A stretch of 64,000 bases of DNA from an uncultured archaeon. GTDB taxonomy: Archaea > Thermoplasmatota > Thermoplasmata > Thermoplasmatales > Thermoplasmataceae. The DNA is taken from NCBI GenBank assembly GCA_000965745.1, contig CP009479.1, positions 128,001-192,000 on the forward strand, written 5' to 3'. Of this stretch, positions 30,093-39,912 are shown in pieces. The translations under genes and the position numbers were made by a program. Under the pieces are notes generated by a model that searched no databases, had not been told where the DNA came from, and was given only the letters and a program-made list of their open reading frames with translations. Numbering within the stretch: position 1 is the stretch's first letter; every line of letters begins with the position of its first letter.

Positions 30093-31658
30093 ATGGGCAC
30101 TTTTTCGTATGAACTTAGAAGGACTCTGTCCAGTAAGACTGTCATTATTCTAACTGCTGCAGTTATAGCTATTTCAGTTTTTTCAGCCATAAATACCGCG
30201 ACCAGTTCTCCAGGCCCCATCGGATTCAACAACAGTGTTGCTTATGGATACGGCTCAAACGGCAGCTACAGCATTGTAGTTTATATCCACAACGGATTTG
30301 GCCAGCCGATACAGGGTTCCAGGGTGATCGTCGGCCTGGGTAACAGTTCCACACTGACGGGGACATCTGATGCGATGGGCTATGCAAATTTCACGCTTTC
30401 AGGCGTCAACAGCACTGTGATAGAAAACCCGTCAAACTCCACCCAATGGGGCTTGCCGTTCAATTATACGACAAGCCGGGGAATGGTCAATTTCGGGATG
30501 CTGGATATGTACAGCAACTATTCCAATCCCTATTTCTTCAGTATCAGTTACTCGTACAAATTGCCCAATGGAACCCTGTACAATAAATCTCAGGATATAT
30601 CCAGGTACAGCATGAATTCCGTCAGCGTTCCCAACCAGCCTACTAAGTCCGCTCTGGATGTACTTTACGAAGGAGATGTCAGCCAGGGGTCACCGGAGGT
30701 TCTCTTGTATGTGATGCCCGTGAACGGAACTATTGAGCAGAACGGATACTCTGTCGGCTATTCCGCTCTCAACATCTCAGAGCAGAATATGACCTACTTT
30801 GGCACATACAGAAGCTTTTCCCATGTTGAGCTGAATCCGAAGAACCTTACAGGATCCAACGTAAACTACTACGTTTTTGCACTTTTCACCCCCTCTGGAA
30901 AACTTCTAACATCATTGGGGTTGGCCATAAACACACCCGAACAGGGAAACCAGGTAAGTGAAGCGTTCTACGGAACCCAGATGTCCATCATGGGGCTGTT
31001 CATTCCACTGATCGCGGCGGTATCGGCTTACGCAACCTATGGAAAGGATAAGACCCTAGGGGTTCTGGAATCAGTCCTGGCACGGCCGGTATCGAGAAAA
31101 GGCCTGATCCTGTCCAGATACCTTGCAAACCTGTCAGCGGTATTTGCAGCAACCTTTGTGGCGTTCCTGGTTTCGTCTCTTGTTTATGGAATTTATCTTG
31201 GAAACAGGATACCGGCAGATACTTTCCTTTCAGGATTATGGTCACTGTTTGCCGCAAGTGCTGCATACATAGGCCTGGTATACATGGCTTCGAATTTTAC
31301 CAAATCCAGCGGGGCGCTCCTTGGATTTGCAATCGGGATTTTCATTGTGTTTGATTTCCTATGGACATTTGCTGGAGCAGACCTCATTCCGTTTCTGATC
31401 ACTTCGTTGTTGCTGCATATACCTTCAGGGAGCCTGCAGTATGTCCAGTCGTTCGTGGACTTGTATTACATATCCCCGGCTGGCCTTCCGAACATAACCA
31501 GCCTTATTATCACCGGTTCTGCCTACTCCACGATTTATGCCAGGAGCTCAGAATTTGTGCAGGTAGGCCTCACCTACTTCAATGTCATACTCATAGGTAT
31601 CCTTTGGAGCGTGGTTCCACTTGTACTGAGCGTCATAGCCTTCGTGAAGAGAGGGTGA
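30093..31658 (+). CDS. ABC-2 type permease with large extracellular domain
   Basis: N-terminal TM, N-sequon-rich domain, YGKD...GVLESVLARPVSR, C-terminal TMs. Start trimmed from 29931. Confidence 0.85.
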   Translation: MGTFSYELRRTLSSKTVIILTAAVIAISVFSAINTATSSPGPIGFNNSVAYGYGSNGSYSIVVYIHNGFGQPIQGSRVIVGLGNSSTLTGTSDAMGYANFTLSGVNSTVIENPSNSTQWGLPFNYTTSRGMVNFGMLDMYSNYSNPYFFSISYSYKLPNGTLYNKSQDISRYSMNSVSVPNQPTKSALDVLYEGDVSQGSPEVLLYVMPVNGTIEQNGYSVGYSALNISEQNMTYFGTYRSFSHVELNPKNLTGSNVNYYVFALFTPSGKLLTSLGLAINTPEQGNQVSEAFYGTQMSIMGLFIPLIAAVSAYATYGKDKTLGVLESVLARPVSRKGLILSRYLANLSAVFAATFVAFLVSSLVYGIYLGNRIPADTFLSGLWSLFAASAAYIGLVYMASNFTKSSGALLGFAIGIFIVFDFLWTFAGADLIPFLITSLLLHIPSGSLQYVQSFVDLYYISPAGLPNITSLIITGSAYSTIYARSSEFVQVGLTYFNVILIGILWSVVPLVLSVIAFVKRG

Positions 31659-31780
31659 GTGTATGTTAATATTTTCCATACATGCAATGACTGAACAATG
31701 GGAACGACATAGCAATTAACCACCAAATATTACATTCTTGCTACCTATTTTGCCTCCGTAAGAACATTTAAATTTTATGA

Positions 31781-32713
31781 ATGGGAATACCTACTGTGAT
31801 AGAGGTAGAAGATTTTACTAAGACCTTCGGCAGGAATGATGAGCCTGCTGTAAAGAGCATAAGTTTTGAGGTCCAGAATGGCGAGATACTCGGACTCGCC
31901 GGGTTGAACGGTGCAGGAAAAACTACTACAATTCGCGCCATTAGTGGCATAATCCTACCATCAACGGGAACAATAACTGTTGACGGGCACAACATAGTAA
32001 CCGATAAGATACAGGCATCAAGGGGCATTGGCTGGGTACCTGAGTTCCCAAATTTCGAGCCGAATGCACGGGCCATACCGCTACTGAAATATTATGCGGG
32101 ATTCTATGGCATAAAGGGGCAGGAGGCCGAAAAGCTGGCCAGGGAACTGCTTAGGCAGGTTGACCTTGAACCGGCGGTGAGGAAGAAACTTCGCTCATAT
32201 TCACAGGGAATGAAGAAGAGGTTCGCACTCGCATCTGCAATGTTCTCTTCCCCCCAGAACTTCCTCTTTGACGAGACCCTCAATGGCCTGGACCCTGAGG
32301 GCATAAATTATCTCAGGAAACTGATAGTAAAATTCAAAGAAGAGGGGAAGGCGATTTTTCTTTCATCGCACATATTGAATGAGCTCGAAAACCTTGCCGA
32401 CAGGACAATCATAATACACAGGGGAGAGATAATTGAAACTCTGAGCAGAGACAGGATGAGGAACCTTGGAAAGCCTGTCCTGAAGGTGAGGCTCAACAAG
32501 GTTGATAGTCAAGCAATAAAGCTTCTCGAAGAGTACGGCACAGTGTCAGTTGAAGGCGACACCCTCACCGTTATTAACCTCAAATCGGGCCCGGGTTCAG
32601 CGGATGATGTTAATGCTGAACTGATAAAGGCAGGCTACAAAGTCTCGATGTTCAACGTGCAGGGAGCCAGCCTCGAAGAGTATTTCTTCCAGCTTGTGGG
32701 TGAGAAGAAATGA
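31781..32713 (+). CDS. ABC transporter ATP-binding protein
   Basis: GLNGAGKTT, YSQGM, FDE..NGLDP, SSH, SLEEYF. Confidence 0.93.
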   Translation: MGIPTVIEVEDFTKTFGRNDEPAVKSISFEVQNGEILGLAGLNGAGKTTTIRAISGIILPSTGTITVDGHNIVTDKIQASRGIGWVPEFPNFEPNARAIPLLKYYAGFYGIKGQEAEKLARELLRQVDLEPAVRKKLRSYSQGMKKRFALASAMFSSPQNFLFDETLNGLDPEGINYLRKLIVKFKEEGKAIFLSSHILNELENLADRTIIIHRGEIIETLSRDRMRNLGKPVLKVRLNKVDSQAIKLLEEYGTVSVEGDTLTVINLKSGPGSADDVNAELIKAGYKVSMFNVQGASLEEYFFQLVGEKK

Positions 32714-34251
32714 TACCTCTCTTGTATGAATTTATTCGCGCAATTAAAAGCAAAACAGTCATAATACTGACCGTTGTGATAATCCTTTTCTCTCTAGGTA
32801 TAGCGTTTGGCCTTGCGACGGGCGTTACTACAACCTCTCCACAGAACCAGTACCAGACCTACGCCTATGGGTACGGATACAACGGAAGTTACAACTTCAC
32901 TGTTATAATCCAAAACGGATACGGTGACCCTGTGCAGGGGTCAGTGGTGAACGTTAGCCTTCAAGACGGAGTAGTTCTCCATAAGCCAACAAATGCCAAT
33001 GGAATTGCAAATTTTACACTGACAAATGTGAATAGTTCAGTTCTGAGTCCTCAGCCGGGAACAAACTTCGCACTCCTTCAATTTAACTACACAACTACCC
33101 TTGGATTTCCAATTACTAATTCCATGATAGTATACACTACCGAGCAGAACAATTCCTATTTCTTCCATCAATACAGCGGTCTGGACTCCCCGAAGTCGAA
33201 CCTGTACAACAGTAGCAGATACTCCATGAATACGGTTTCAATCCATAATTTGCAGAACAGAAGAGGCATAAGTTTCCAGTATATGGGTGGATACAACAGT
33301 TCCATTCCAACGGTGAGCCTGTACTACGAGAAGTTCAACGTCAGCAATGGATACAGTCTTAATTTCAGCGCGCTCACTGAAAACAACATGACTCATTACG
33401 GCACCTACAACTCATACTTCCAGAAACTCAATCTTGAGAACCTGTCAGGTGGGAATAATGAAATGTATGTTTTCGCACTGTTCACACCATCAGGACAGAG
33501 GGTCTCTATTGTGCAGGTATTTGTCCAAACCAGTGCAAGCAGCACTAATGTAAACAGCCTCTTCTTCTCCGGTGAGATGCTTCTCTTGGGTCTTTTTGTT
33601 CCTTTGATGGCTGCGGTTTCTGCGTATATGACGTATGGCAAGGATCGAACCGGTAATGTTCTGGAGTCCGTTCTGGTAAGGCCGGTATCTAGACGTGGGT
33701 TGTTGTTTTCCAGGTATGTTGCAAATACACTTGCTGTGCTGATAGCTGCTGTTGCTTCATTTGCCGTGACATCGATTGTTTTTGAACACTATCTGGGAAG
33801 AAGCCTGCCGGTAGATACCTTTACCTACGGCCTATGGGCATTATTCATAGGAATAGCCGGGTTCATAGGACTGGTTTATCTTGCTTCCAACTTCATGAAG
33901 TCGCAGGGAGCATTGCTTGGATTTGCGATGGCGATCTTCTTCGTGCTGGATTTCTTCTGGACATTCCTTGCCCTGATCCCAAACTTACTGGTGTCATATG
34001 TCCTCAGGCTCCCCATTGGAAGCCTTGCGTACGGAAAAGCACTCATCGCACTGGATTATTCCACGCCGGTGGGATTTGGCCAAATTGCAAACTACATACT
34101 CAGTGGAAGCACTGCGAGTCTTGTTGGGAATGTTCAAGGTGCAACGCTGGCTGATCTGGGCCTTACACCAACAGTTATGATTGCTCTTGGAATAGTGTGG
34201 ATAGTGGTCCCTATTGCCCTGGCAATATATTTCTTCTCCAAGAGGGATTGA
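32710..34251 (+). CDS. ABC-2 type permease, paralog of 30093..31658
   Basis: Shares AYGYG.NGSY, NG.G.P.QG, YVFALFTPSG and YGKD..G.VLESVL.RPVSR with the paralog. Confidence 0.87.
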   Translation: MIPLLYEFIRAIKSKTVIILTVVIILFSLGIAFGLATGVTTTSPQNQYQTYAYGYGYNGSYNFTVIIQNGYGDPVQGSVVNVSLQDGVVLHKPTNANGIANFTLTNVNSSVLSPQPGTNFALLQFNYTTTLGFPITNSMIVYTTEQNNSYFFHQYSGLDSPKSNLYNSSRYSMNTVSIHNLQNRRGISFQYMGGYNSSIPTVSLYYEKFNVSNGYSLNFSALTENNMTHYGTYNSYFQKLNLENLSGGNNEMYVFALFTPSGQRVSIVQVFVQTSASSTNVNSLFFSGEMLLLGLFVPLMAAVSAYMTYGKDRTGNVLESVLVRPVSRRGLLFSRYVANTLAVLIAAVASFAVTSIVFEHYLGRSLPVDTFTYGLWALFIGIAGFIGLVYLASNFMKSQGALLGFAMAIFFVLDFFWTFLALIPNLLVSYVLRLPIGSLAYGKALIALDYSTPVGFGQIANYILSGSTASLVGNVQGATLADLGLTPTVMIALGIVWIVVPIALAIYFFSKRD

Positions 34252-34485
34252 GAGCCTTAATATGAATGAGTTAAATTTTATTCCCTTTTTTATATTTATT
34301 TTCCTCTGAATTTTTCTTGTTCCTACAAGAGCAAATGGTAAAGCATTTACACAATTCAGCTAGTTTTCAATATAATAAAAGTTGTTATTCCTCCAACGGA
34401 TTAATGAACCTGCAGGGAGAGAGCCGACATACCCTCTGTCTACTGCGGTCCTGCTGATATCTGGTTTAGCGTTGAACTTTAATAT

Positions 34486-35740
34486 GGGTGTCCCCTAAAA
34501 GTTGGGGGTAACCTGAGACATCCTGCCAACAGATAGCTTATATTCTTGGGCACTGAAGCCATAGGACCGCTTGAATGCGATACGGATCCTGTTTTTTCAG
34601 GCCTTCAACAATGCCTGAACTTATGCCCGATCTTATTGCTTCGAGAATGCCTTCCATGTGCCGCCACATGGACTTTGCAAGCCTGATGATCTCGGGCATC
34701 CTTGACCTTCTTGCCCAGGATATCCACTTTGCAAGATAGTCCACAACCATCTCATTTCTCAGGGACCAGAGCCTCTGCAGTGACTCCTTGAAATGATATG
34801 CATGTGTGACCTGGAGATCGAGCTTCCTGATATCTTTCAGCTTCTCCTTCTGCTTTTCACTGAGCTTATCAGGATTCATGAACAATGTGTACCGAGTGCC
34901 CTTGAGTATGACATTCTCCCTGGCCTCCTTCCTCCTGATTTTATCAAGTGCATCGTTCATCATCTTGATCACATGGAAGTGATCAAAGACGATCTGAGAG
35001 TCGGGGATATACTTCTCAGCACCGGATATGAACGATGGATCCATGTCCATGGAGACATGCTCTATTCCTTTCGGATCAATGAACGGATTCTTCTGCAGGA
35101 ATCTGAGGAACACCTCCGATTCCTTTCCCTCCTCGATGTGAATTATCCTGCTGTTCCTTATGTCGTAGAACAGCGTCGCATAAACATGATGCTTTTCAAC
35201 TGAGAATTCATCAACTCCCGGCACTGAAATATCCGAGATATCCTGCTCCTTTCTTGCCTCTTCAACATAGTGCCTGAGGATTCTCCACACAGAATCGTCG
35301 CTTATTCCGATCATTCTTGATACGGCGAGTGGAGGCATTTCCCTGCACATCTCCACTATCATCGCCTCGAAGTGAAGGGAGAAGCCTGATCCCCTGCTTG
35401 CCCATGGCATGTCCACCGTCTTCTTCCCATGCTCGGAGCAGAGTATCCTAAGCTCCCTTGCATGCACGTACGTGGGGTACTGGAAAATGTTCAGGTGCCT
35501 CCATGTCCTCTCAGTTGTGTCGTGCACTCCCGCCGATTCATGACACACGGGACATGGGAATTTAGAGCCTCTGGGGAAATCAATGGTGATGTCCACCCTC
35601 TTCTCATTGTGATCAAACCTTATTTCCTTTATTTTCCAGGGTTCCTCAAGGCATAGAAGCTTACTGAACAATCCCTCTGAATCCATGGATTGTGATCGAA
35701 AAGGAATTTATTATTTACCCCCAGTGATCGAGAGAGAACC
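34486..35740 (-). mobile_element. ISL3-family insertion sequence, copy 1
   Basis: Imperfect 26-bp terminal IRs (GGTTCTCTCTCGATCACTGGGGGTAA at 35740 on minus; GGGTGTCCCCTAAAAGTTGGGGGTAA at 34486) enclosing the transposase. No target duplication seen. Confidence 0.85.
34538..35686 (-). CDS. ISL3 transposase, frameshifted near C-terminus
   Basis: CPVC zinc finger, WRHL, GVDE, SMDM, FDHFH, VEG. The canonical tail RIAFKRSYGF lies in another frame after an A6 run (~34592-34597). Confidence 0.9.
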   Translation of the reverse strand: MDSEGLFSKLLCLEEPWKIKEIRFDHNEKRVDITIDFPRGSKFPCPVCHESAGVHDTTERTWRHLNIFQYPTYVHARELRILCSEHGKKTVDMPWASRGSGFSLHFEAMIVEMCREMPPLAVSRMIGISDDSVWRILRHYVEEARKEQDISDISVPGVDEFSVEKHHVYATLFYDIRNSRIIHIEEGKESEVFLRFLQKNPFIDPKGIEHVSMDMDPSFISGAEKYIPDSQIVFDHFHVIKMMNDALDKIRRKEARENVILKGTRYTLFMNPDKLSEKQKEKLKDIRKLDLQVTHAYHFKESLQRLWSLRNEMVVDYLAKWISWARRSRMPEIIRLAKSMWRHMEGILEAIRSGISSGIVEGLKKQDPYRIQAVLWLQCPRI

Positions 35741-36373
35741 TCTTTTATTCAACACATCCTGAACCAATGGCATGAGTTCTTCAGGTATACGCAGGTCCCT
35801 CTTATCAAAATCTATAATTTTTGACAGCTCAAGTTCAGACAGCAATGTGTTGTAGCCCTGGCCTTTTACACCTTGTTTGAACCCTTTCCTCCCCGCCAGT
35901 GTCTGGTTCTCGTAGTAGTTTCTATATCTTCTCCCCTCTTCATTAAGTTCTAAAATCGCATTGAGGACTGATCCTCCTTGGTTTCCAAATTTTTCAAGGA
36001 ATTCTTTGATCCGATCTCTGAACATGTCCCAATTTGAACTTTGTGTGAACTCCTTATTTTTTCCATTAAACGTGTAATATTCCCCGTTGAAATCATAGAA
36101 ATCGTTGAGCATCTCCTTGTTTTGTGATAGCCAGTCATTTAACTTCTGATCTGAAATCAGCCTTGCAACCTCTTTGGTCACTTTGTCACTATCAAATCCT
36201 TTGTATTTGTCGTCGTAGCCGTTATCATTGAAGCCAAGACAGTAGTCCGATTTCAGTTCTCTGCACAACTTGAACAGTAGGTTTTCCTCCAGGGTTCTGC
36301 CAGAATAAGACTGAGGACATATTTTTGAAAGGAGAAGAAATCGCTCTTCCTCTTTAGAATTATGTCTGCTCAT
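35711..36373 (-). CDS. Hypothetical protein with C-terminal wHTH-like segment; last 9 codons supplied by the IS end
   Basis: AT-rich 220 aa ORF; GSLSITGGK* is the translation of the ISL3 left IR. Confidence 0.7.
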   Translation of the reverse strand: MSRHNSKEEERFLLLSKICPQSYSGRTLEENLLFKLCRELKSDYCLGFNDNGYDDKYKGFDSDKVTKEVARLISDQKLNDWLSQNKEMLNDFYDFNGEYYTFNGKNKEFTQSSNWDMFRDRIKEFLEKFGNQGGSVLNAILELNEEGRRYRNYYENQTLAGRKGFKQGVKGQGYNTLLSELELSKIIDFDKRDLRIPEELMPLVQDVLNKRGSLSITGGK

Positions 36374-36815
36374 ATTTTGTTAGCAGTAATCTGGATAAAT
36401 ATCTTTCCCTTCATGACATAATGTATTGACTCATGTGTTCCGACCCGTTAAAATCGCTTCTAATCGAACCAGAATGACACCTTGAGTTGAGTCTATGGGG
36501 CACCCTTTTTCTTTCCATTAATCTTCCATCACTTGTAACTTCACGGGTCAAGCTTGCACGGAATTCAAGAAGTCATTTCTTTCAGAGTAGACGCCGAGTA
36601 GGCAAGGATCAGACTGGAAAATGCAAATCACATGGTATCAGCAAAAGTAACCAAAAAATAGCGTAACAAAACTTCTCCCTGATGTCGGTGATTATGTGAG
36701 GGGGAAAGATCATCTGGAGTTCATATCATGCCTGATTAGTGCTTCACCGAATAGCTCTCGCCCTTCTGAATGGTAAAAATGTTTATATTCTATATCACGT
36801 AAATCCCGATAGAGG

Positions 36816-37913
36816 GTGTTTTTAATCGAGACTCAGAAGTTGACTGCAAAACTAAAATATGCTTTTAATGAACTGTCGAAAGACAGGGGTGTTGGATATA
36901 ACCTATTTTTCGTTTGGCCTGTATTCTCGCAAAACCTGATTTATACACTTCAGAAGGCTGGAGCAGAAAAGATCTCACCAAACCAATATCGTGTTATGTG
37001 TACTCAGAACGATGTCAGTTTCTATAGAACGAGGAAACTGTTCGGATCTGATTTTGTTGTAAATGTCTTGGAAGGTGATCAGTATGGCGTTGTAAATGGA
37101 GTTATTAATAAAACGAATTGGAGGGATATTGGAAAAGCAAAATTGGCATTACGCGAGGTTGGACTTAACAACGTTAGCATAACACCTACCTCGTTGTACA
37201 ATTTTTTACTTAACACTCATAATTACGAAGGTTTTCTTCTGAAAGAGTACAGAGCAGGTGCCCCCAAGCTTCAATCTTACTTTAAGGATGACCATGTAGA
37301 TGTTAATCAGAGAATTGTGCTAGAAAAATTAGAAAATGATTGGGCATACGGAATCCGCCCCTATCAAGCAACGCTTAAAGAACCCAGTAAGAGTGTCGAG
37401 ATAAGATTTTACAGTCAAGGTTTTATTTCTATGGCTGTTCTTCCAAAGAGCTTTGGTGTTGTTACAAAACTTATAAGCCACATGTTTAAGGATCATCAAA
37501 AGGCTTTAAATAAGGTATCAGAAGCTGGTAGAGAGCGTTTAAAAACTCCCTCGGTCAACTTGGTTAGACACAAGAATTTGATCCTAAGGCTTGAAGATTA
37601 TGATACTGCATCGAACGGCAAATCACAATCGGCCTTGAGTTACGATGAGGACCGTTTAAATAGCCTTCTTTTGTATCTATCGGAATTTGCCGAGATCTAT
37701 GGAAAGAGGATAGAGGGGCGTTCGTTGGTTTTTAACCTATTATATGAGAAGACACCAGAAAGCGATGAAGTTAATCCAACATTTTCAGTAGACATAACCC
37801 CTAAAAGAGTTCTCGTTAGCCCTACGGGCCCTGTGAACAAAGAGAACTTGATCCATCTGTATTACGGAATAGAAAGGTTCTATAACGTAACTTCAAAGAG
37901 TGATGTAAATTAA
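36816..37913 (+). CDS. Uncharacterised protein, module gene A (homolog of 49680..50567)
   Basis: 365 aa AT-rich ORF with TTTATA upstream (~36782). Shares three blocks with 49680..50567. Confidence 0.8.
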   Translation: MFLIETQKLTAKLKYAFNELSKDRGVGYNLFFVWPVFSQNLIYTLQKAGAEKISPNQYRVMCTQNDVSFYRTRKLFGSDFVVNVLEGDQYGVVNGVINKTNWRDIGKAKLALREVGLNNVSITPTSLYNFLLNTHNYEGFLLKEYRAGAPKLQSYFKDDHVDVNQRIVLEKLENDWAYGIRPYQATLKEPSKSVEIRFYSQGFISMAVLPKSFGVVTKLISHMFKDHQKALNKVSEAGRERLKTPSVNLVRHKNLILRLEDYDTASNGKSQSALSYDEDRLNSLLLYLSEFAEIYGKRIEGRSLVFNLLYEKTPESDEVNPTFSVDITPKRVLVSPTGPVNKENLIHLYYGIERFYNVTSKSDVN

Positions 37914-38952
37914 ATCTCCAAACAAAGAGAAGAGGGAAACTCATATCCGAAGAGCAATCGAACATGCAAAATTCAAATATGTAATTCAAAGGTTGTTCAA
38001 CGACGAAAATGCTACACACGGACACGCTTATCTGGCGTCAGACATTTTTACCTCATTAGAGGATAAGAAGGATGGGTCATGGGACCTCTTAATATGTGAA
38101 ATAGAGGGCTTAGTAAAGAATGAGATCCACCCTATATTTATTGAGGTCAAGTCAACCTTCGAAGACAATGAAAAGTTAGTGGGAGAGATTGTAGCCAAGA
38201 TCAAAAAAACTGAAGAGCTGGCCAAGAACAACGTTCAAGACCTGATACTATCTCAAATATCGGCTGTTGACCCAAAGAAATTCACAATGAGGTGGGATAA
38301 AGCCGAATATGTTGTATTCATTCCAGGCAGACTTTCCATGGGCATCGTTGACTATATTGCCTCTAATTCAAAGAAATGGAAGAATAAAACAGGACTGGTG
38401 ATTTGGTCATACGACAAGGGAGACACTGAACGAGATGTAATACAAATTCCTTATAACCATAGAAATGATATCAAGACTTGTCGAAATATTGACAATGCCA
38501 AATGTAACCTATGCCTATGTAATCATTATAGCTCAAAGATGGCCTCGTTCTTCAGGCATGTTGACAAGCAGGAATTGGAAAAGCCAAGAATAATGCCTTC
38601 TAAGCACAAGTATGTAGACCCAGTTGTAAACATTATTTCAATACTTCACGTGGGAAAATTATTCAGATCTAATGAGAAGAATCTCACCTTGAACGACATC
38701 AAGGAACGTGTTAAACGTTTTTTTATTGATTATAGTATCGAATTGGACAAACAAGAGATTGAATTTTTGATTTACCTGATGAATCGCGGAAAGATTATCC
38801 TTAAAACAAAGGGAGATCCAATGGGAGCTTATCACTTGAATAAGGATATTGCAGATGCTCTAGAAGATGAGAAGCTATTAACGGAAGAAATCGTGAAGCG
38901 AACAGTAAACAACAAGCTGCCTGACACCTTCCTCGAACAATTTGATAAATAG
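37909..38952 (+). CDS. Putative PD-(D/E)XK nuclease with Cys cluster and C-terminal wHTH, module gene B
   Basis: WDLLI...IFIEVKS motif, CRNIDNAKCNLCLCNH, wHTH-like end. The frame is open from ATT 37909; the ORF track start is TTG 37993. Confidence 0.72.
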   Translation: MKSPNKEKRETHIRRAIEHAKFKYVIQRLFNDENATHGHAYLASDIFTSLEDKKDGSWDLLICEIEGLVKNEIHPIFIEVKSTFEDNEKLVGEIVAKIKKTEELAKNNVQDLILSQISAVDPKKFTMRWDKAEYVVFIPGRLSMGIVDYIASNSKKWKNKTGLVIWSYDKGDTERDVIQIPYNHRNDIKTCRNIDNAKCNLCLCNHYSSKMASFFRHVDKQELEKPRIMPSKHKYVDPVVNIISILHVGKLFRSNEKNLTLNDIKERVKRFFIDYSIELDKQEIEFLIYLMNRGKIILKTKGDPMGAYHLNKDIADALEDEKLLTEEIVKRTVNNKLPDTFLEQFDK

Positions 38953-39070
38953 CCAAATCCCAGTCTTCACGTTAGAGAATTGTAACAGGTACAGAGACGA
39001 TGAGGAATGCATATAGATTTATCTGTGAGACATATTCAGGGCCTCCAGGGTAGGTAAAACCTGAACAGCG

Positions 39071-39096
39071 TGCATGGCATTGGCCTCGGCCATGCA
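39071..39096. terminator. 8-bp stem hairpin between convergent ORFs
   Basis: TGCATGGC-N10-GCCATGCA. Confidence 0.3.
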
Positions 39097-39152
39097 TATT
39101 GCCTTATTATTTAAAATTCTCAACCAGATAGATCTACTTCTGAATTACTGAA

Positions 39153-39353
39153 TTAACTGTGAGTTAATTCGTATTCTGCCAGTCTAAGGGCTGAAGTCAC
39201 CAAAGGATTGTACTCTCCATGTATGACATTTTCAAATAACCCTTCAACTTCCTTTACTGATCTTTTTGTAAGACCTGCATAATAATGCACAGCAATATCT
39301 CTGACGGCTTTTCCTGTTGATATTCTCGACTCTTCGGCTGTCAATTTTCTCAC
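39153..39353 (-). CDS. Small hypothetical protein
   Basis: 66 aa ORF with a TATA-like AT-rich stretch upstream; no motif recognised. Confidence 0.45.
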   Translation of the reverse strand: MRKLTAEESRISTGKAVRDIAVHYYAGLTKRSVKEVEGLFENVIHGEYNPLVTSALRLAEYELTHS

Positions 39354-39543
39354 CCGATATTCTTTAAATGAGAGGTAGATAAATATTTATGGACTTCCGT
39401 TAGGTCATTACGGCAAAAATTGAAAATACATTAGGTGAGATGTATCCATGTGTAAATGCCGGATCATAATCTCACTGAACATTTCTAGTTTATCTTCGAC
39501 GTCCTGACAAATAGGGTTTTATATCTACAAAGCTGGGATAGGA

Positions 39544-39912
39544 TCAGTATTGTTTTCTTTCTCTGGACTTATTTTCTAATCCGTATTTTTTAATTTTTTC
39601 GTAGAATGACTTTGGTTTGTTATCCACCTTCAATATAACAACTTTGATGTTATGTGGGCAGTCACCGTGCAGTCCTGAGTGCGCAATTTCACCGTCAATG
39701 TAGGAATCGCAACTCGCGTATGCATACAAGGATTCAAAGGGTGCCCGCATCCCAACTCCGCCACTGATAATGTCTCTGTGAAATCCGTTAAGGCTACTAA
39801 GCCTATATGTTGCTATCCGCCAGTCATTCCATTGTCTTCTTACCTTTACCAGAGTCTCTCTAGGATTCATCTCTTCGTTAGGCTTGCCCTTATCACTTTT
39901 CACTAAAATCAC
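39544..39912 (-). CDS. Small Cys/His-containing hypothetical protein coupled to hsdR
   Basis: GTGA 4-nt overlap with the hsdR stop; [14 protein letters not shown]...AHS..HG.CPH.IKV. Confidence 0.7.
   Translation of the reverse strand: MILVKSDKGKPNEEMNPRETLVKVRRQWNDWRIATYRLSSLNGFHRDIISGGVGMRAPFESLYAYASCDSYIDGEIAHSGLHGDCPHNIKVVILKVDNKPKSFYEKIKKYGLENKSRERKQY

Noticed and set aside
34360-34485. Open minus-strand frame beyond the IS as the lost tail of 35711..36373
   Set aside because: No duplication links the two sides, and a ~41-codon open frame can arise by chance.
34585-34600. Programmed frameshift at the transposase A6 run
   Set aside because: ISL3 transposases are single ORFs, and a second lesion follows; decay is more likely.
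36374-36815. Possible gene remnant in the divergent intergenic region
   Set aside because: Only short broken frames with no recognisable motif.
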